From an uncultured Bacteroidales bacterium (lineage in GTDB: Bacteria > Bacteroidota > Bacteroidia > Bacteroidales > CAZJDA01), in contig CAZJDA010000011.1 in assembly GCA_964544705.1 (NCBI GenBank), positions 21,620 through 85,619 of the forward strand: a stretch of DNA of 64,000 nucleotides. The letters are read 5' to 3'. Under the pieces are notes generated by a model. That model did not search any database. It had not been told where the DNA came from and saw nothing but the letters and a program-made list of their open reading frames with translations. Positions 31,301 through 38,694 of the stretch are shown here, in pieces; within the stretch, counting starts at the first letter, position 1; each line of letters begins with the position of its first letter. Both the position numbers and the translations under genes were made by a program.

Positions 31301-33551
31301 TTGTTCCTGGATAAGCTGATAAATCCATTGTTCCTGCATTAACAAAATCTCCATATCCGCCGGTAGGGGTTTGTGGTATGGTAAAATTGGCTGTTACATT
31401 ATCCCAAGTGGCGCTTGTTACGTTGGATCCATCAAAATCGGTGGATATGTAAACGGTAAGTCCATCATGAGTCCAATAACCGATGTTTACGTCAAAAGTA
31501 AATTCTGTATTGGTATAACCGGTTAAATCAATAGCAGGTGTAACAATCCATGCGGTATCAGCTTCTCCAGTTCCGTATGCTGACATCTGCATATATTTTG
31601 TACCACCATATTCTTCGCTATACCATCCTACTGTACCGGCCTCGTTATAATTTGTCCAGCCGGTAAGCTCATTTTCTATAAGCGTAGTTCCATCACCAGA
31701 GGTGGTTTCAAAGTCTTCAGAAAAAAGCATGGTAGCACTTGAAGTAACACTACCGCTGCAAGTAATAGTTTTACTTGCAGCTCCACTAGAGGTAAGGTTA
31801 ATATCCTCGTTATTATAATCTCCTTCTGCAAGTCCTGCTTTCAACCTTGCGTATAAAGTTGTTGATGCCACAGACCCACCGCTTTGTGTCAGTGTAATAG
31901 CTGTGCTTTGATAGTTTGCGTCATCAGAAGATATTTCGTAGTTCGTAGGGGGCGAAACAGTGATATCATCTGACAGGTTTGAGCCACTAACAGTGAATGA
32001 TTGGCTTGTGGAGGGGCCACTACCTTCTACATAAGAAAACCCGGATAAACTTGTTGGAGAAACACTAATTGAAGGTGTAGAGCCTCCTGTTGTACCTGTA
32101 ACACTAATATTATCCACTTGGTACGTGGTTGTTTGGCTGGCATTATCATCACCGGTATATTTGTAAGCAATATAAATTGCTCCTGAATAAGCTGATAAAT
32201 CCATTGTTCCTGCATCTACAAAATTGCCATAACCGCCGGTAGGGGTTTGTGGTATTGTAAAGTTGGAAGTTACATCATCCCAGGTGGCGCTTGCAACATC
32301 AGAACCATCAAAATCGGTAGAAATATGAACGGTAAGACCATCATGGGTCCAATAACCAATTTTTACATCAAAAGAAAATTCTGTATTGGTATAACCGGTT
32401 AAATCAATAGCAGGTGTAACAACCCATGCGGTATTAGCTTCGCCGGTGCCGTATGATGCCATTTGCATATACTTGGTTCCGCCATATTCTTTGCTATACC
32501 ATCCAATTGAGCCGGTTTCGTTATAGTTTGTCCAACCGGAAAGTTCGTTTTCTATGAGGGTAATACCATCGCCAGAGGTAGTTTCAAAATCCTCCGAAAA
32601 AATGGTTGTAGCATTGGATGTAACACTGCCGCTGCAGGTAACGGTTTTATCCGTGGCTCCGCTGGAGGTAAGGGTTATGGTTTCGCTATTATAGTCTCCT
32701 TCTGCAAGCCCTGCTTTCAACCTTGCATATAAAGTTGTTGAAGCGACAGAACCTCCACTTTGGGTTAAAGAAATGGCAGTGCTTTGAAATGTTGCATCAT
32801 CAGTTGATATCTCGTAGTTGGTGGGTGGTGTAACCGTGATATCACCTGTAAGATTAGAACCGCTTACATCAAATGATTGGCTTGATGAGGGGCCATTTCC
32901 AACTACATAAGTAAAACCTGATAATGAAGAAGGGCTAACGGAAATGGTGGGGTCTGTTCCACCTCCTCCGCTATAGGTATGCGAGCCTAAGTAACTAAAT
33001 TCATCTTGTGCATATTCATTCCATTCAGCAAGAGTAAAAGTTGAATTGCCATCGTATGAATCCATTCTCACCCATGTAAGGTCACTTCCCCAATAGGTGC
33101 CGGTAAAATCTCCAATGGCATCTAAAACTTGGTCAGTGCCATCATCATAAACGCCGTTAGCATTCATATCTTTAATCAAAGCGACAGGGTCATTCCCGTT
33201 AAATGTACAGGCACCGCTTGTTTCGTCTCCTACTGACGATATCCCTGTTCCTGCACTGCTATTGTAAACTACATACACATCAGCGTCAGCAATTGATGCT
33301 CCGCTCGTGAAGGAATAAACCGTGCCATCAGCCCAAGTTTCTGTACCGCTTGGATTGGCAACTTTAATTAGGAAGTAGTCGTCCAACGAAACGGAAGCGC
33401 CTGTTCCGTTATATATCTCGAGCGCCTTGTTGTTGCTACTTCCTTCAATATACTCGGATATAAATAAATCAGGGGCTTGCCCCATAATGTTTCCGGCAAA
33501 AAATAAGGTTATTGCCAATAAGCTTGTTAAGAACACGTAAATACTTTTCAT
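25368..33551 (-). CDS. giant T9SS-sorted extracellular nuclease (LTD - tandem Ig/anchor-J-like modules - Endonuclease I - LTD - tandem modules - T9SS CTD)
   Basis: 2727 aa with a signal peptide. Two lamin-tail-like segments are present (LFISEYIEGSSNNKALEIYNGTG and LFISEVADPADEYTGRFVEIYNPS). The Endonuclease I motifs are YNREHSFPQGWFG, DLFHLYPTDGTVNGERG, VKGDIARTYFYLATRY and NRNPFVDHPEF. The C-terminus is a type A sorting domain (INIYPNPTSGQFTV...GIYYIQLIN...KIVIQ). Confidence 0.88.
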   Translation of the reverse strand: MKSIYVFLTSLLAITLFFAGNIMGQAPDLFISEYIEGSSNNKALEIYNGTGASVSLDDYFLIKVANPSGTETWADGTVYSFTSGASIADADVYVVYNSSAGTGISSVGDETSGACTFNGNDPVALIKDMNANGVYDDGTDQVLDAIGDFTGTYWGSDLTWVRMDSYDGNSTFTLAEWNEYAQDEFSYLGSHTYSGGGGTDPTISVSPSSLSGFTYVVGNGPSSSQSFDVSGSNLTGDITVTPPTNYEISTDDATFQSTAISLTQSGGSVASTTLYARLKAGLAEGDYNSETITLTSSGATDKTVTCSGSVTSNATTIFSEDFETTSGDGITLIENELSGWTNYNETGSIGWYSKEYGGTKYMQMASYGTGEANTAWVVTPAIDLTGYTNTEFSFDVKIGYWTHDGLTVHISTDFDGSDVASATWDDVTSNFTIPQTPTGGYGNFVDAGTMDLSAYSGAIYIAYKYTGDDNASQTTTYQVDNISVTGTTGGSTPSISVSPTSLSGFSYVEGSGPSTSQSFTVSGSNLSDDITVSPPTNYEISSDDANYQSTAITLTQSGGSVASTTLYARLKAGLAEGDYNNEDINLTSSGAASKTITCSGSVTSSATMLFSEDFETTSGDGTTLIENELTGWTNYNEAGTVGWYSEEYGGTKYMQMSAYGTGEADTAWIVTPAIDLTGYTNTEFTFDVNIGYWTHDGLTVYISTDFDGSNVTSATWDNVTANFTIPQTPTGGYGDFVNAGTMDLSAYPGTIYIAYKYTGDDNAGQTTTYQVDNIEVSGEAGGTTPIITLSTSSLDFENVYSGYTSRVQRYTVEGADLADDISITAPTGYELATSCSGTYSNTLTLNQSGGTVASTTIYARFAPGSYATFTGNIAHSSGSTTENISVDETNTASNIPGSYYSSATSTGQELKAQLNQIVKDHVERTYAELWTDFQSTDVKPNGNVWDIYSDKGGCYDPPYEYIFITDQCGTYNNEGDCYNREHSFPQGWFGTDDDTVYTDLFHLYPTDGTVNGERGSFEYGEVSSPTFTSLNGSKVGPNAYTGSSGATAFEPIDEVKGDIARTYFYLATRYANRITSWTTSPMIDGDISDEDGSVFEEWALNMLINWHNLDPVSQKEMTRNDSIYNIQNNRNPFVDHPEFVDSVWNTTYVSPPAITNVTIDPASPTTADDVSVYADITDNLGIDSAKVYWSTVSSTLDNEITMSVDIDDTYLSDNQIPAQSQGAIVYYQVKAWDNEANLTETQVFDYTVSAVASGDLFISEVADPADEYTGRFVEIYNPSSSDISLTGWQIRRYANGNTTSSDVDLSGTLAAGQAYVIAYDSVAFNTFYGFYPNTSSGSITGNGDDVYELFNGSSVIDIYGEVGVDGTGELWEYEDAIAYRNSDIASGNTVWTETEWTIVSPGNTTDATPGTHNTSVTVPEITISSPNQVGDGNIAEGTSNNILSQFEIAAAVESAYLEQIAFTTAGTYVETDITNLKLWANPTSTITGADEIASITTAQGPGSHTFNNLNQSIGIDSTIHFFITADVPFGSTVSSTINVDAIPGSDFTFTIGTITGSVTAGGIQTIVEGNDNTSVAVAPPNQTPPANISSIANTQAEAVEVFRFVIEDAASGDGLPTIVTQMKFITGPQNTISINEGLAGGYFEFADGTSIAMDGEPVSTATETIFNIQSGSLTIADGASEEIVGHVWLEDSITDGEIVQFMIDADNHGFIADPSGSAFADVFTADIVGNEFTIDVVATQLAFKQQPTDVTIGTTMTPPVEIAATDMNGNVDTSFVENIQVTVDGTILTGSPVVNTPVSGIATFDNLVFEQGSPSSTLIAEREATTDWDIYSEPFAVISGPSIVSLPIEKNFEDSVLTSGGWFAKNVTGTQEWHVDMYDGNKFAKMSGYEGGSNENEDWLISPPFNADNYSSIEFDFFTAKNYTGNDIEVLVSDNYDGLSDPNTATWNTLSATLSSGSFNWAYSGLIDLSSTTGSYVFVAFKYTSTNTESATWQVDSISVREPSTDPVISNIANTPANPTSSETVSVSADITDIDGTISNAELYWGLTSGSLTNTIAMSYSGSGDSYITDSDIPTQVDGTTVYYEILAEDNDGNTTISDEQNYLVYDGPSVVSLPIEKNFEDNSLTSGGWFAKNVTGTQEWYVDMYDGNKFAKMSGYDGGSNENEDWLISPPFNADNYSNIEFDFFTAKNYAGNDLEVLISDNYDGISDPNTATWNTLSATLSSGSFDWTYSGLIDLSSTTGTFVFVAYKYTSTNSESATWEVDSISIREPSGNPVISNVTNTPESPTSSQTVSVSADITDIDGTIANAELHWGLTPGSLTNMINMSYSGTGDAYVTDSDIPAQDNGTIVYYEVFAEDNDGNTTTTDEFSYEVYDGPTVVELPIEKTFEDGSLTSGGWFTKNVIGAQEWYVDTYDGNKFAKMSGYEGSSNENEDWLISPPFNADNYGTITFDFFTAMNYTGNDLEIMTSNDYDGLSDPNTATWNTLSANLSPGSWEWTYSGLIDISSVTGDFVFVAYKYTSTSSESATWEVDSIYITGYSEGAPVISNVAIDPEEPTPDDDVNVSANIIDDGTIQSAELLWGLQETNVENVINMSLESGSTYITDNAIPAQSAGTTVYYYIRATDDETLSDSTDVTSYTVLEGIGEVGNTVINIYPNPTSGQFTVKLGEKADYRMNIYSSLGQLIYADEINKKQIKLDLNDRNTGIYYIQLINLKTGDVMNQKIVIQ
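25623..28034 (-). repeat. 3 x 804-bp tandem coding repeat (268-aa modules) inside the giant gene
   Basis: Units start at the Gly codons at 28034, 27230 and 26426 (GPSIVSLPIEKNFED, GPSVVSLPIEKNFED, GPTVVELPIEKTFED). Antisense artefact ORFs at 27022 and 27826 are nearly identical and exactly 804 nt apart. Confidence 0.9.
31206..32957 (-). repeat. 2 x 876-bp tandem coding repeat (292-aa modules) inside the giant gene
   Basis: Residues ~199-490 and ~491-782 are near-identical. The string ctgtattggtataaccggttaaatcaatagcaggtgtaaca occurs at 31505 and 32381, exactly 876 nt apart. Confidence 0.9.
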
Positions 33552-33610
33552 AAGATGAAGTTTTAAATTATTAACATGATTTTTTTATTTTCTATAGAAT
33601 GCATTAAAGA

Positions 33611-33618
33611 ACAAATCT
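33611..33618 (-). promoter_or_regulatory. candidate -7 box TAGATTTG for the giant nuclease gene
   Basis: Fits TAnnTTTG and lies 60 nt upstream of the ATG at 33551. Confidence 0.35.
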
Positions 33619-33736
33619 ATAATTTTTTTTGATGGGATTAAATTAATTTTGTATTAAAAAGACTTTAAAAAAAAGGACATTTTTCTATAAAAGCATCTTG
33701 TAAGCAAATAAAAATCTTTTATTACAAAATTAGCAT

Positions 33737-35491
33737 TTAAAACATTCCGGCAAACCCAAAATGAATCTTTGCTGTTTTTACGTCTATTGGATTGCTAAAT
33801 TGTTTACCAACAGCATAGTTCAGGGAAAATATCCCGGCTCGTGTTTCAAAATTAATTCCTGCACCCATCCCAAGGGGCCTATCATGAATAAAAGTGCCTT
33901 TTGTATCCTTTTCGTAATAAGCTCCATCGGAAAAAATACTGAAAAACGCATTCTTTTCGAACAAGTAACGTATTTCTATAGTAAAAATGGAATACATGGA
34001 AGCAATAATAGACTCTTCATCAAATCCCCTGAGGCCTTTTAATCCACCAATACGGAAAAGTTCATTTTCAAAAAGCTCCTCCCCATTTAAGTAACCGGTT
34101 TTATTTGCCAAAAGTAGGGTGTTATGCTTCCAAAGAGGAATAAAATATTCAAGTTGGCTGCTCCAACTGTAGTTTGTGGTTTTTAGGTTTATATCTTGGT
34201 ACATCATTTCATCAAGGTTGTTATTAATCTTGATCTTTCTTAAACCGGCTGAAATATCTGTATTTATTGAAAAACCTTTTCTCGGGTTGTATATATAGTC
34301 CAGTTTTTTTATTTTAGCAGCAATGCCGTAATAATCAGTCTTCATATCAAGAAAAGGAGGCAAAGTATTATTCTTTTTAAATCTTTCAACACTAAGTAAG
34401 TCAGTAGTATGCAAAGCATAATAAATCTTAAGATAGCTCTTGCCCGTGAAAAGATACCTAAATCCTATTCCCCGTTTTAGGTTAAGGTATGTAGTATCTT
34501 TTTTATACATATGCAATTCTAAGTCCAGCCCTATAAAGGAATCAAAAACATAAGGATAATATACTTGCGCATCAAGATTTTGGGTTTGTGCTTGTAGTTT
34601 TCTCCACCTAAAATTGATCTCTTCTCCACTATTCAAATTGTTAATAAGTTGAAGGCTAACATCCCCGGTAAAGAGTATTTTCCCTTTTTTTTCAATATCC
34701 GGTAAGAATCCAATGATCCCGTCAAAGCGGCTGGCATTTTTTTTATCGGCATATATTTTTATTGTGGCATTATTATCATGAAAATATATGTCAGTGGGAT
34801 TTTTGATGCGTATAAATGGAATTTCCAGCAACCTTTGGTCAATTTTTCGTGTTTTGGCTTCGTTATAAATACTACCTGGTTTTATTCCCAAATAATTTTG
34901 GAGATAGATTTTTGAAATGATCGCATCGCCCTCTACCAACATACTATCTATTTTGCAAAAGGTATTTTTTTTCATCCATAATTCGGCTTCAATAGCAGTG
35001 TCAATGATGTTGATGTTTTTAAGCTTTACCGTAGAAAAAGGATACCCATTGTTTTCCATATAATTAATAATATTACCTGCTACTTCTTGGTAATTATTGT
35101 AATAAAATGGTTTGCCGGTATAATCACTAAAAACGATATTCAATTCCTTGCAAATAGCGCTATCTATATTGCCATTGGATAAACTTATCCACTTATATTG
35201 TATTCCGGGTGTTATATAAACGTGGAATTCATTAGGCTTATGAGATAATGAATCAATGGTTGCTGACAAAAATCCTTTGGCATGTATTTTTTGAATTACA
35301 TTGTTTGCAACTTTGGTTGCTTGTATTGTGTCCAAAACTTTCTTTTTGTATTTGATTTTTTTTAAGGCTATTTCATGAGCGCTAAAATGTATGATCAAGG
35401 GGTTCTTATCCTGCGCAAATGTCTTATTAATGAGGATCAATACAAAAATTGAAACACCAAAGAGAATCTTAGTATGTTTTATAATTCCCAT
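33737..35491 (-). CDS. Omp85/BamA-TamA-family outer-membrane protein
   Basis: 584 aa with a signal peptide and a POTRA-like N-terminal region. The beta-barrel ends in IHFGFAGMF. It overlaps ung by 13 nt. Confidence 0.7.
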   Translation of the reverse strand: MGIIKHTKILFGVSIFVLILINKTFAQDKNPLIIHFSAHEIALKKIKYKKKVLDTIQATKVANNVIQKIHAKGFLSATIDSLSHKPNEFHVYITPGIQYKWISLSNGNIDSAICKELNIVFSDYTGKPFYYNNYQEVAGNIINYMENNGYPFSTVKLKNINIIDTAIEAELWMKKNTFCKIDSMLVEGDAIISKIYLQNYLGIKPGSIYNEAKTRKIDQRLLEIPFIRIKNPTDIYFHDNNATIKIYADKKNASRFDGIIGFLPDIEKKGKILFTGDVSLQLINNLNSGEEINFRWRKLQAQTQNLDAQVYYPYVFDSFIGLDLELHMYKKDTTYLNLKRGIGFRYLFTGKSYLKIYYALHTTDLLSVERFKKNNTLPPFLDMKTDYYGIAAKIKKLDYIYNPRKGFSINTDISAGLRKIKINNNLDEMMYQDINLKTTNYSWSSQLEYFIPLWKHNTLLLANKTGYLNGEELFENELFRIGGLKGLRGFDEESIIASMYSIFTIEIRYLFEKNAFFSIFSDGAYYEKDTKGTFIHDRPLGMGAGINFETRAGIFSLNYAVGKQFSNPIDVKTAKIHFGFAGMF

Positions 35492-36171
35492 TGAATAGGT
35501 TTAAGCTTATTTTTGATAAGAAATTCATTGGCTATAGAAAAATGTTTGCATCCAAAAAAACCATTATAAGCAGAAAAAGGCGAAGGATGAGGAGCTTCAA
35601 GAACCAAGTGTCTATCATTGATCAATTCCTTTTTTTGTTTTGCATGGTTTCCCCAAAGAAAAAATACGACTTTTCTTTTCTTTAGCGAAACATATTCAAT
35701 AGCATTATTGGTAAACAATTCCCATCCCTGGTTTTTATGAGACCCTGGTTTACTTTTCCTTACGGTGAGTATGGTATTAAGTAAAAGAACTCCTTGTTTA
35801 GCCCAATGGCTGAGGTCTCCGTGGGTTGGGAAAGAGCATCCTATATCATGGGTCATTTCTTTAAAAATATTTTTTAAGGATGGAGGCATTTTAACATTTT
35901 TGTGCACAGCAAAAGCCAAACCGTTTGCCTGGCCTAATCCATGGTATGGATCTTGTCCTATGATCACTACTTTTATTTTTGATAAAGGGGTAAGCATAAA
36001 AGCTTTAAATACTTCGTTATGTCCAGGAAATATAGTGTTTTGTTCTCTTTCACAAGAAATATAATCCAATAGTGATTTGAAGTAATCCTTTTGGAATTCT
36101 TCTTCAAAAAAAGGGTTCCAGCTCTTACCGGTTTTTTTTATTAAAAATTGTTTCATCGATTTAGTATTCAA
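35479..36171 (-). CDS. ung: uracil-DNA glycosylase
   Basis: 230 aa with VVIIGQDPYHGLGQANGLAF and HPSPFSA. Confidence 0.95.
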   Translation of the reverse strand: MNTKSMKQFLIKKTGKSWNPFFEEEFQKDYFKSLLDYISCEREQNTIFPGHNEVFKAFMLTPLSKIKVVIIGQDPYHGLGQANGLAFAVHKNVKMPPSLKNIFKEMTHDIGCSFPTHGDLSHWAKQGVLLLNTILTVRKSKPGSHKNQGWELFTNNAIEYVSLKKRKVVFFLWGNHAKQKKELINDRHLVLEAPHPSPFSAYNGFFGCKHFSIANEFLIKNKLKPIQWEL

Positions 36172-36208
36172 GGTACGCTTTTTGCTAAAGTATGAAAAAA
36201 TGAAACGT

Positions 36209-36263
36209 CCATGATAAAATAATTATGATTTTAACATACACGAGCATGATTATTTTATCATGG
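36209..36263. other. long AT-rich hairpin / inverted repeat in a divergent intergenic region
   Basis: CCATGATAAAATAATTATG (36209-36227) pairs with CATGATTATTTTATCATGG (36245-36263). That gives 19 bp with one T:G position and a 17-nt loop. Confidence 0.7.
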
Positions 36264-36427
36264 TAAGTTCCATCTGACAATAAAAAATTAAATATAAACA
36301 GATGAAACGATTCAAAAATAAAATCCAATGCTAAAAATTCATTAAATAACTTCTAAGATTTTTTTTTCCGTCATAAAATTTATATATTTGCTTATTGGTA
36401 TCAAAATTTTTAAATAAAAAAATTCGA

Positions 36428-36562
36428 ATGATGAAAAGATTTGCTATAATATTGATCATCACATTTGTAATAGGTTTGGTAGTATCATCATGCAAAACCC
36501 AAGGCCCTCCATGCCCTGCTTATGGAAATGCTGACAAGGCCACTATTGAGAAAAAAGCGTAG
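36428..36562 (+). CDS. small predicted lipoprotein (44 aa), absent from the ORF track
   Basis: Manual translation gives MMKRFAIILIITFVIGLVVSSCKTQGPPCPAYGNADKATIEKKA*. It has a lipobox-like VVSSC. Confidence 0.45.
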   Translation: MMKRFAIILIITFVIGLVVSSCKTQGPPCPAYGNADKATIEKKA

Positions 36563-36652
36563 TATCCCGGTTATTTTGTGTCCATTACTTCTATAGAGGG
36601 ATATTCACTTTATGATGGCTATGGGTAGCTGCATTAGTAAAATAGCATCCCT

Positions 36653-37420
36653 ATGGTAAAGAAACCATTATTAAGTATATTTTTTATTATTATTTTTTCG
36701 TTTCCTGCTTTTTCGCAAGACAGCATTAGCATAGCCCCGGATTTGGTTGGTATATTACTAAAAAGAGAAGAAAGCGGTTGTTTGTTATTGCACTCAAATG
36801 GTTGGGGTGGCGGCTACAGGTATGGAGAAAACATTACTTGGTACAAGAAACGTATATATGGCTTTGAATTTGCTACCATGAAGCATCCCAAAGAAACTAA
36901 AATACGAAATCCTTACTATTTTAATTCCAAGAGCTATATTTACGGGAAATTAAATTATGTTTTTCTTTTTAGAGGTGATATTGGCACCCAGCATGTTCTT
37001 TTTGCAAAACCGAATTGGGGTGGGGTAGCAGTGCGTTATTTTTATTCTGGCGGCATATCTTTGGCATTGTTAAAACCTGTTTATCTTTATGTGCTAACTG
37101 ATAATGCCTCAACTTATGAATATGACCTCAGCACAGAAAAATACGATCCCCATCAACACTACCTGAATAACATTTATGGAAGAGCGCCTTTTACAAAAGG
37201 GATTAACGAAATTGGCATTCGACCCGGCGCCTGCGTTAAAGGTGGTTTTAATTTTGAGTATGGGCCCTATATGGAAAAACTTAGAACTTTAGAAGTGGGT
37301 GCTGTATTAGACATTTTCCCAAAACCTTTAGAAATGATGGCTTTTAATGACCCCAATTATTTTTTCCTTTCTATTTACTTTAGTTTTCATTTTGGAAAGC
37401 GCTATAATAAACTTGATTAA
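36653..37420 (+). CDS. secreted hypothetical protein (possible small beta-barrel)
   Basis: 255 aa with a signal peptide (IIIFSFPAFSQ) and an aromatic-rich sequence ending FHFGKRYNKLD. Confidence 0.6.
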   Translation: MVKKPLLSIFFIIIFSFPAFSQDSISIAPDLVGILLKREESGCLLLHSNGWGGGYRYGENITWYKKRIYGFEFATMKHPKETKIRNPYYFNSKSYIYGKLNYVFLFRGDIGTQHVLFAKPNWGGVAVRYFYSGGISLALLKPVYLYVLTDNASTYEYDLSTEKYDPHQHYLNNIYGRAPFTKGINEIGIRPGACVKGGFNFEYGPYMEKLRTLEVGAVLDIFPKPLEMMAFNDPNYFFLSIYFSFHFGKRYNKLD

Positions 37421-38465
37421 ATGCAATATAGCTAGGTATTAAGCCAACTTTTAAAGAATCTATTTTTTCACCACCAAAGTTGAACCTAAAAAGATAACCC
37501 GCTTGTGTATAGTCTACAGCATCTGTTGCATAGATAACAGGACTATTCGGGTCAGTTTTGAGATAATAAAAATTCCTGCTTTTAGAGGCAATAATTTTTT
37601 TACCGGGTAAATCCATTGACGAGGTGGTTACAGAATAAATATCTTTATTGATATAAAACAATGTATCTCCACTTTTGCTTTTTGCTAAAGAAGAGGGTGA
37701 GCAATCTTTGCTTGGGAATTTATAGGTTTGCGCAATAGCGCACTCTAAAGTATTAATCTTAGTGATTGCAGGGAATTCTTGGTTCATATATCCTCCACTG
37801 CTCAGAACCCAAAGATTGCTATCCAAATCAAAAACCATGCTATTAGGTTCTTGTGTTATTGTAAGGGTTTTTAATACTTCGTCATTATTCGTATTTATGA
37901 CAATCAACTTGTTTCCTGTCCAGTTGATAACAAAAGCTTGTGTTCCTCTTACAGCAATTTTTTCGGATGTGAATCCAAGATCAATATAACCGGTAATTTT
38001 GCATGTTGAAGGATTTATAATCGCCATTCTTTCATCATAAAGATCAGAAACATAAGCCTTGTTTTTATTGATCACTTTCATATACCGTGGCGAAGTGAAT
38101 CCCTTTATGGTGTTAATACTGGAAAAATCATCAAGGTTTACAACTTCAATCTTACCGCTATTATTTACCACAATAAAGGCTGTGTCTTGATATATGGTAA
38201 TTGATTGAGCCACGTCTCCCAATGGCCTTTGATTTTTTGATGAAAAAATATTATTGGCTATGGTTTCGTTTTCTGGGTTAAAAAAAGAAACGGAGCTGTT
38301 TGCCGCATTAAAATTACCTTCATTAACGATATACACACCTGTGGTTTTGGTATAAGTATCGTTTCCACCTTTCCTTTGTAAACCGAAATCATCATTTTTT
38401 TTGCAAGCATAGAATAAAATTCCTGCAATGCCAATGATGGTCGTTATGAATATAGCCTGTTTCAT
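37380..38465 (-). CDS. surface lipoprotein, YncE/DUF5074-like beta-propeller (candidate corrinoid-capture protein)
   Basis: 361 aa with a lipoprotein signal (GILFYAC). The repeated propeller-like blades follow the VYIVNEG...NSVS pattern. It is the last gene of the riboswitch-led operon. Confidence 0.65.
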   Translation of the reverse strand: MKQAIFITTIIGIAGILFYACKKNDDFGLQRKGGNDTYTKTTGVYIVNEGNFNAANSSVSFFNPENETIANNIFSSKNQRPLGDVAQSITIYQDTAFIVVNNSGKIEVVNLDDFSSINTIKGFTSPRYMKVINKNKAYVSDLYDERMAIINPSTCKITGYIDLGFTSEKIAVRGTQAFVINWTGNKLIVINTNNDEVLKTLTITQEPNSMVFDLDSNLWVLSSGGYMNQEFPAITKINTLECAIAQTYKFPSKDCSPSSLAKSKSGDTLFYINKDIYSVTTSSMDLPGKKIIASKSRNFYYLKTDPNSPVIYATDAVDYTQAGYLFRFNFGGEKIDSLKVGLIPSYIAFNQVYYSAFQNEN

Positions 38466-38542
38466 TAGAATAAAATTAAGTTAAACCTCTGATTTTCAAT
38501 TTAATATTTTGCAAAAATCGCAGAATTTTCGTTTCAATTACC

Positions 38543-38624
38543 ATGGAACCCTTCCCGCTCTGCAGCGGGACAGGCTATGTTTTATTCATGCCCTTTTTTG
38601 TTGTGCAGTGCATGAGGGTTTCAT
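38543..38624 (-). other. structured intercistronic element with a cobalamin-riboswitch-like sub-motif
   Basis: The outer stem is ATGGAACCC/GGGTTTCAT and the inner hairpin is TCCCGCT-ctgc-AGCGGGA (38553-38570). The minus strand reads CCTGTCCCGCTGCAGAGCGGGAAGGG, resembling the CCCGCTGCTGTAA and GGGAAGGC parts of the riboswitch at 43.2 kb. No B12 box is present. Confidence 0.45.
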
Positions 38625-38694
38625 TCGTTTAAAACTTTTGGTGATTTTATGATTTGGTATCAATTTTAATTATGCTTTTTTTTGTGCATCAACA

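Noticed and set aside
25623-32957. The regularly spaced repeats might have been a CRISPR array or a satellite.
   Set aside because: The periods are 804 and 876 bp, are in frame and encode folded-domain-like modules within one ORF. There is no short repeat-spacer structure anywhere in the window.
25368-35491. An Omp85-family gene lies directly upstream of the giant exoprotein gene, resembling a two-partner secretion (TpsB-TpsA) pair.
   Set aside because: The giant protein has an ordinary signal peptide, no recognisable N-terminal TPS domain and a T9SS C-terminal sorting domain. A 185-bp spacer with its own TAnnTTTG box separates the genes, and the Omp85 gene overlaps ung. The adjacency is probably coincidental.
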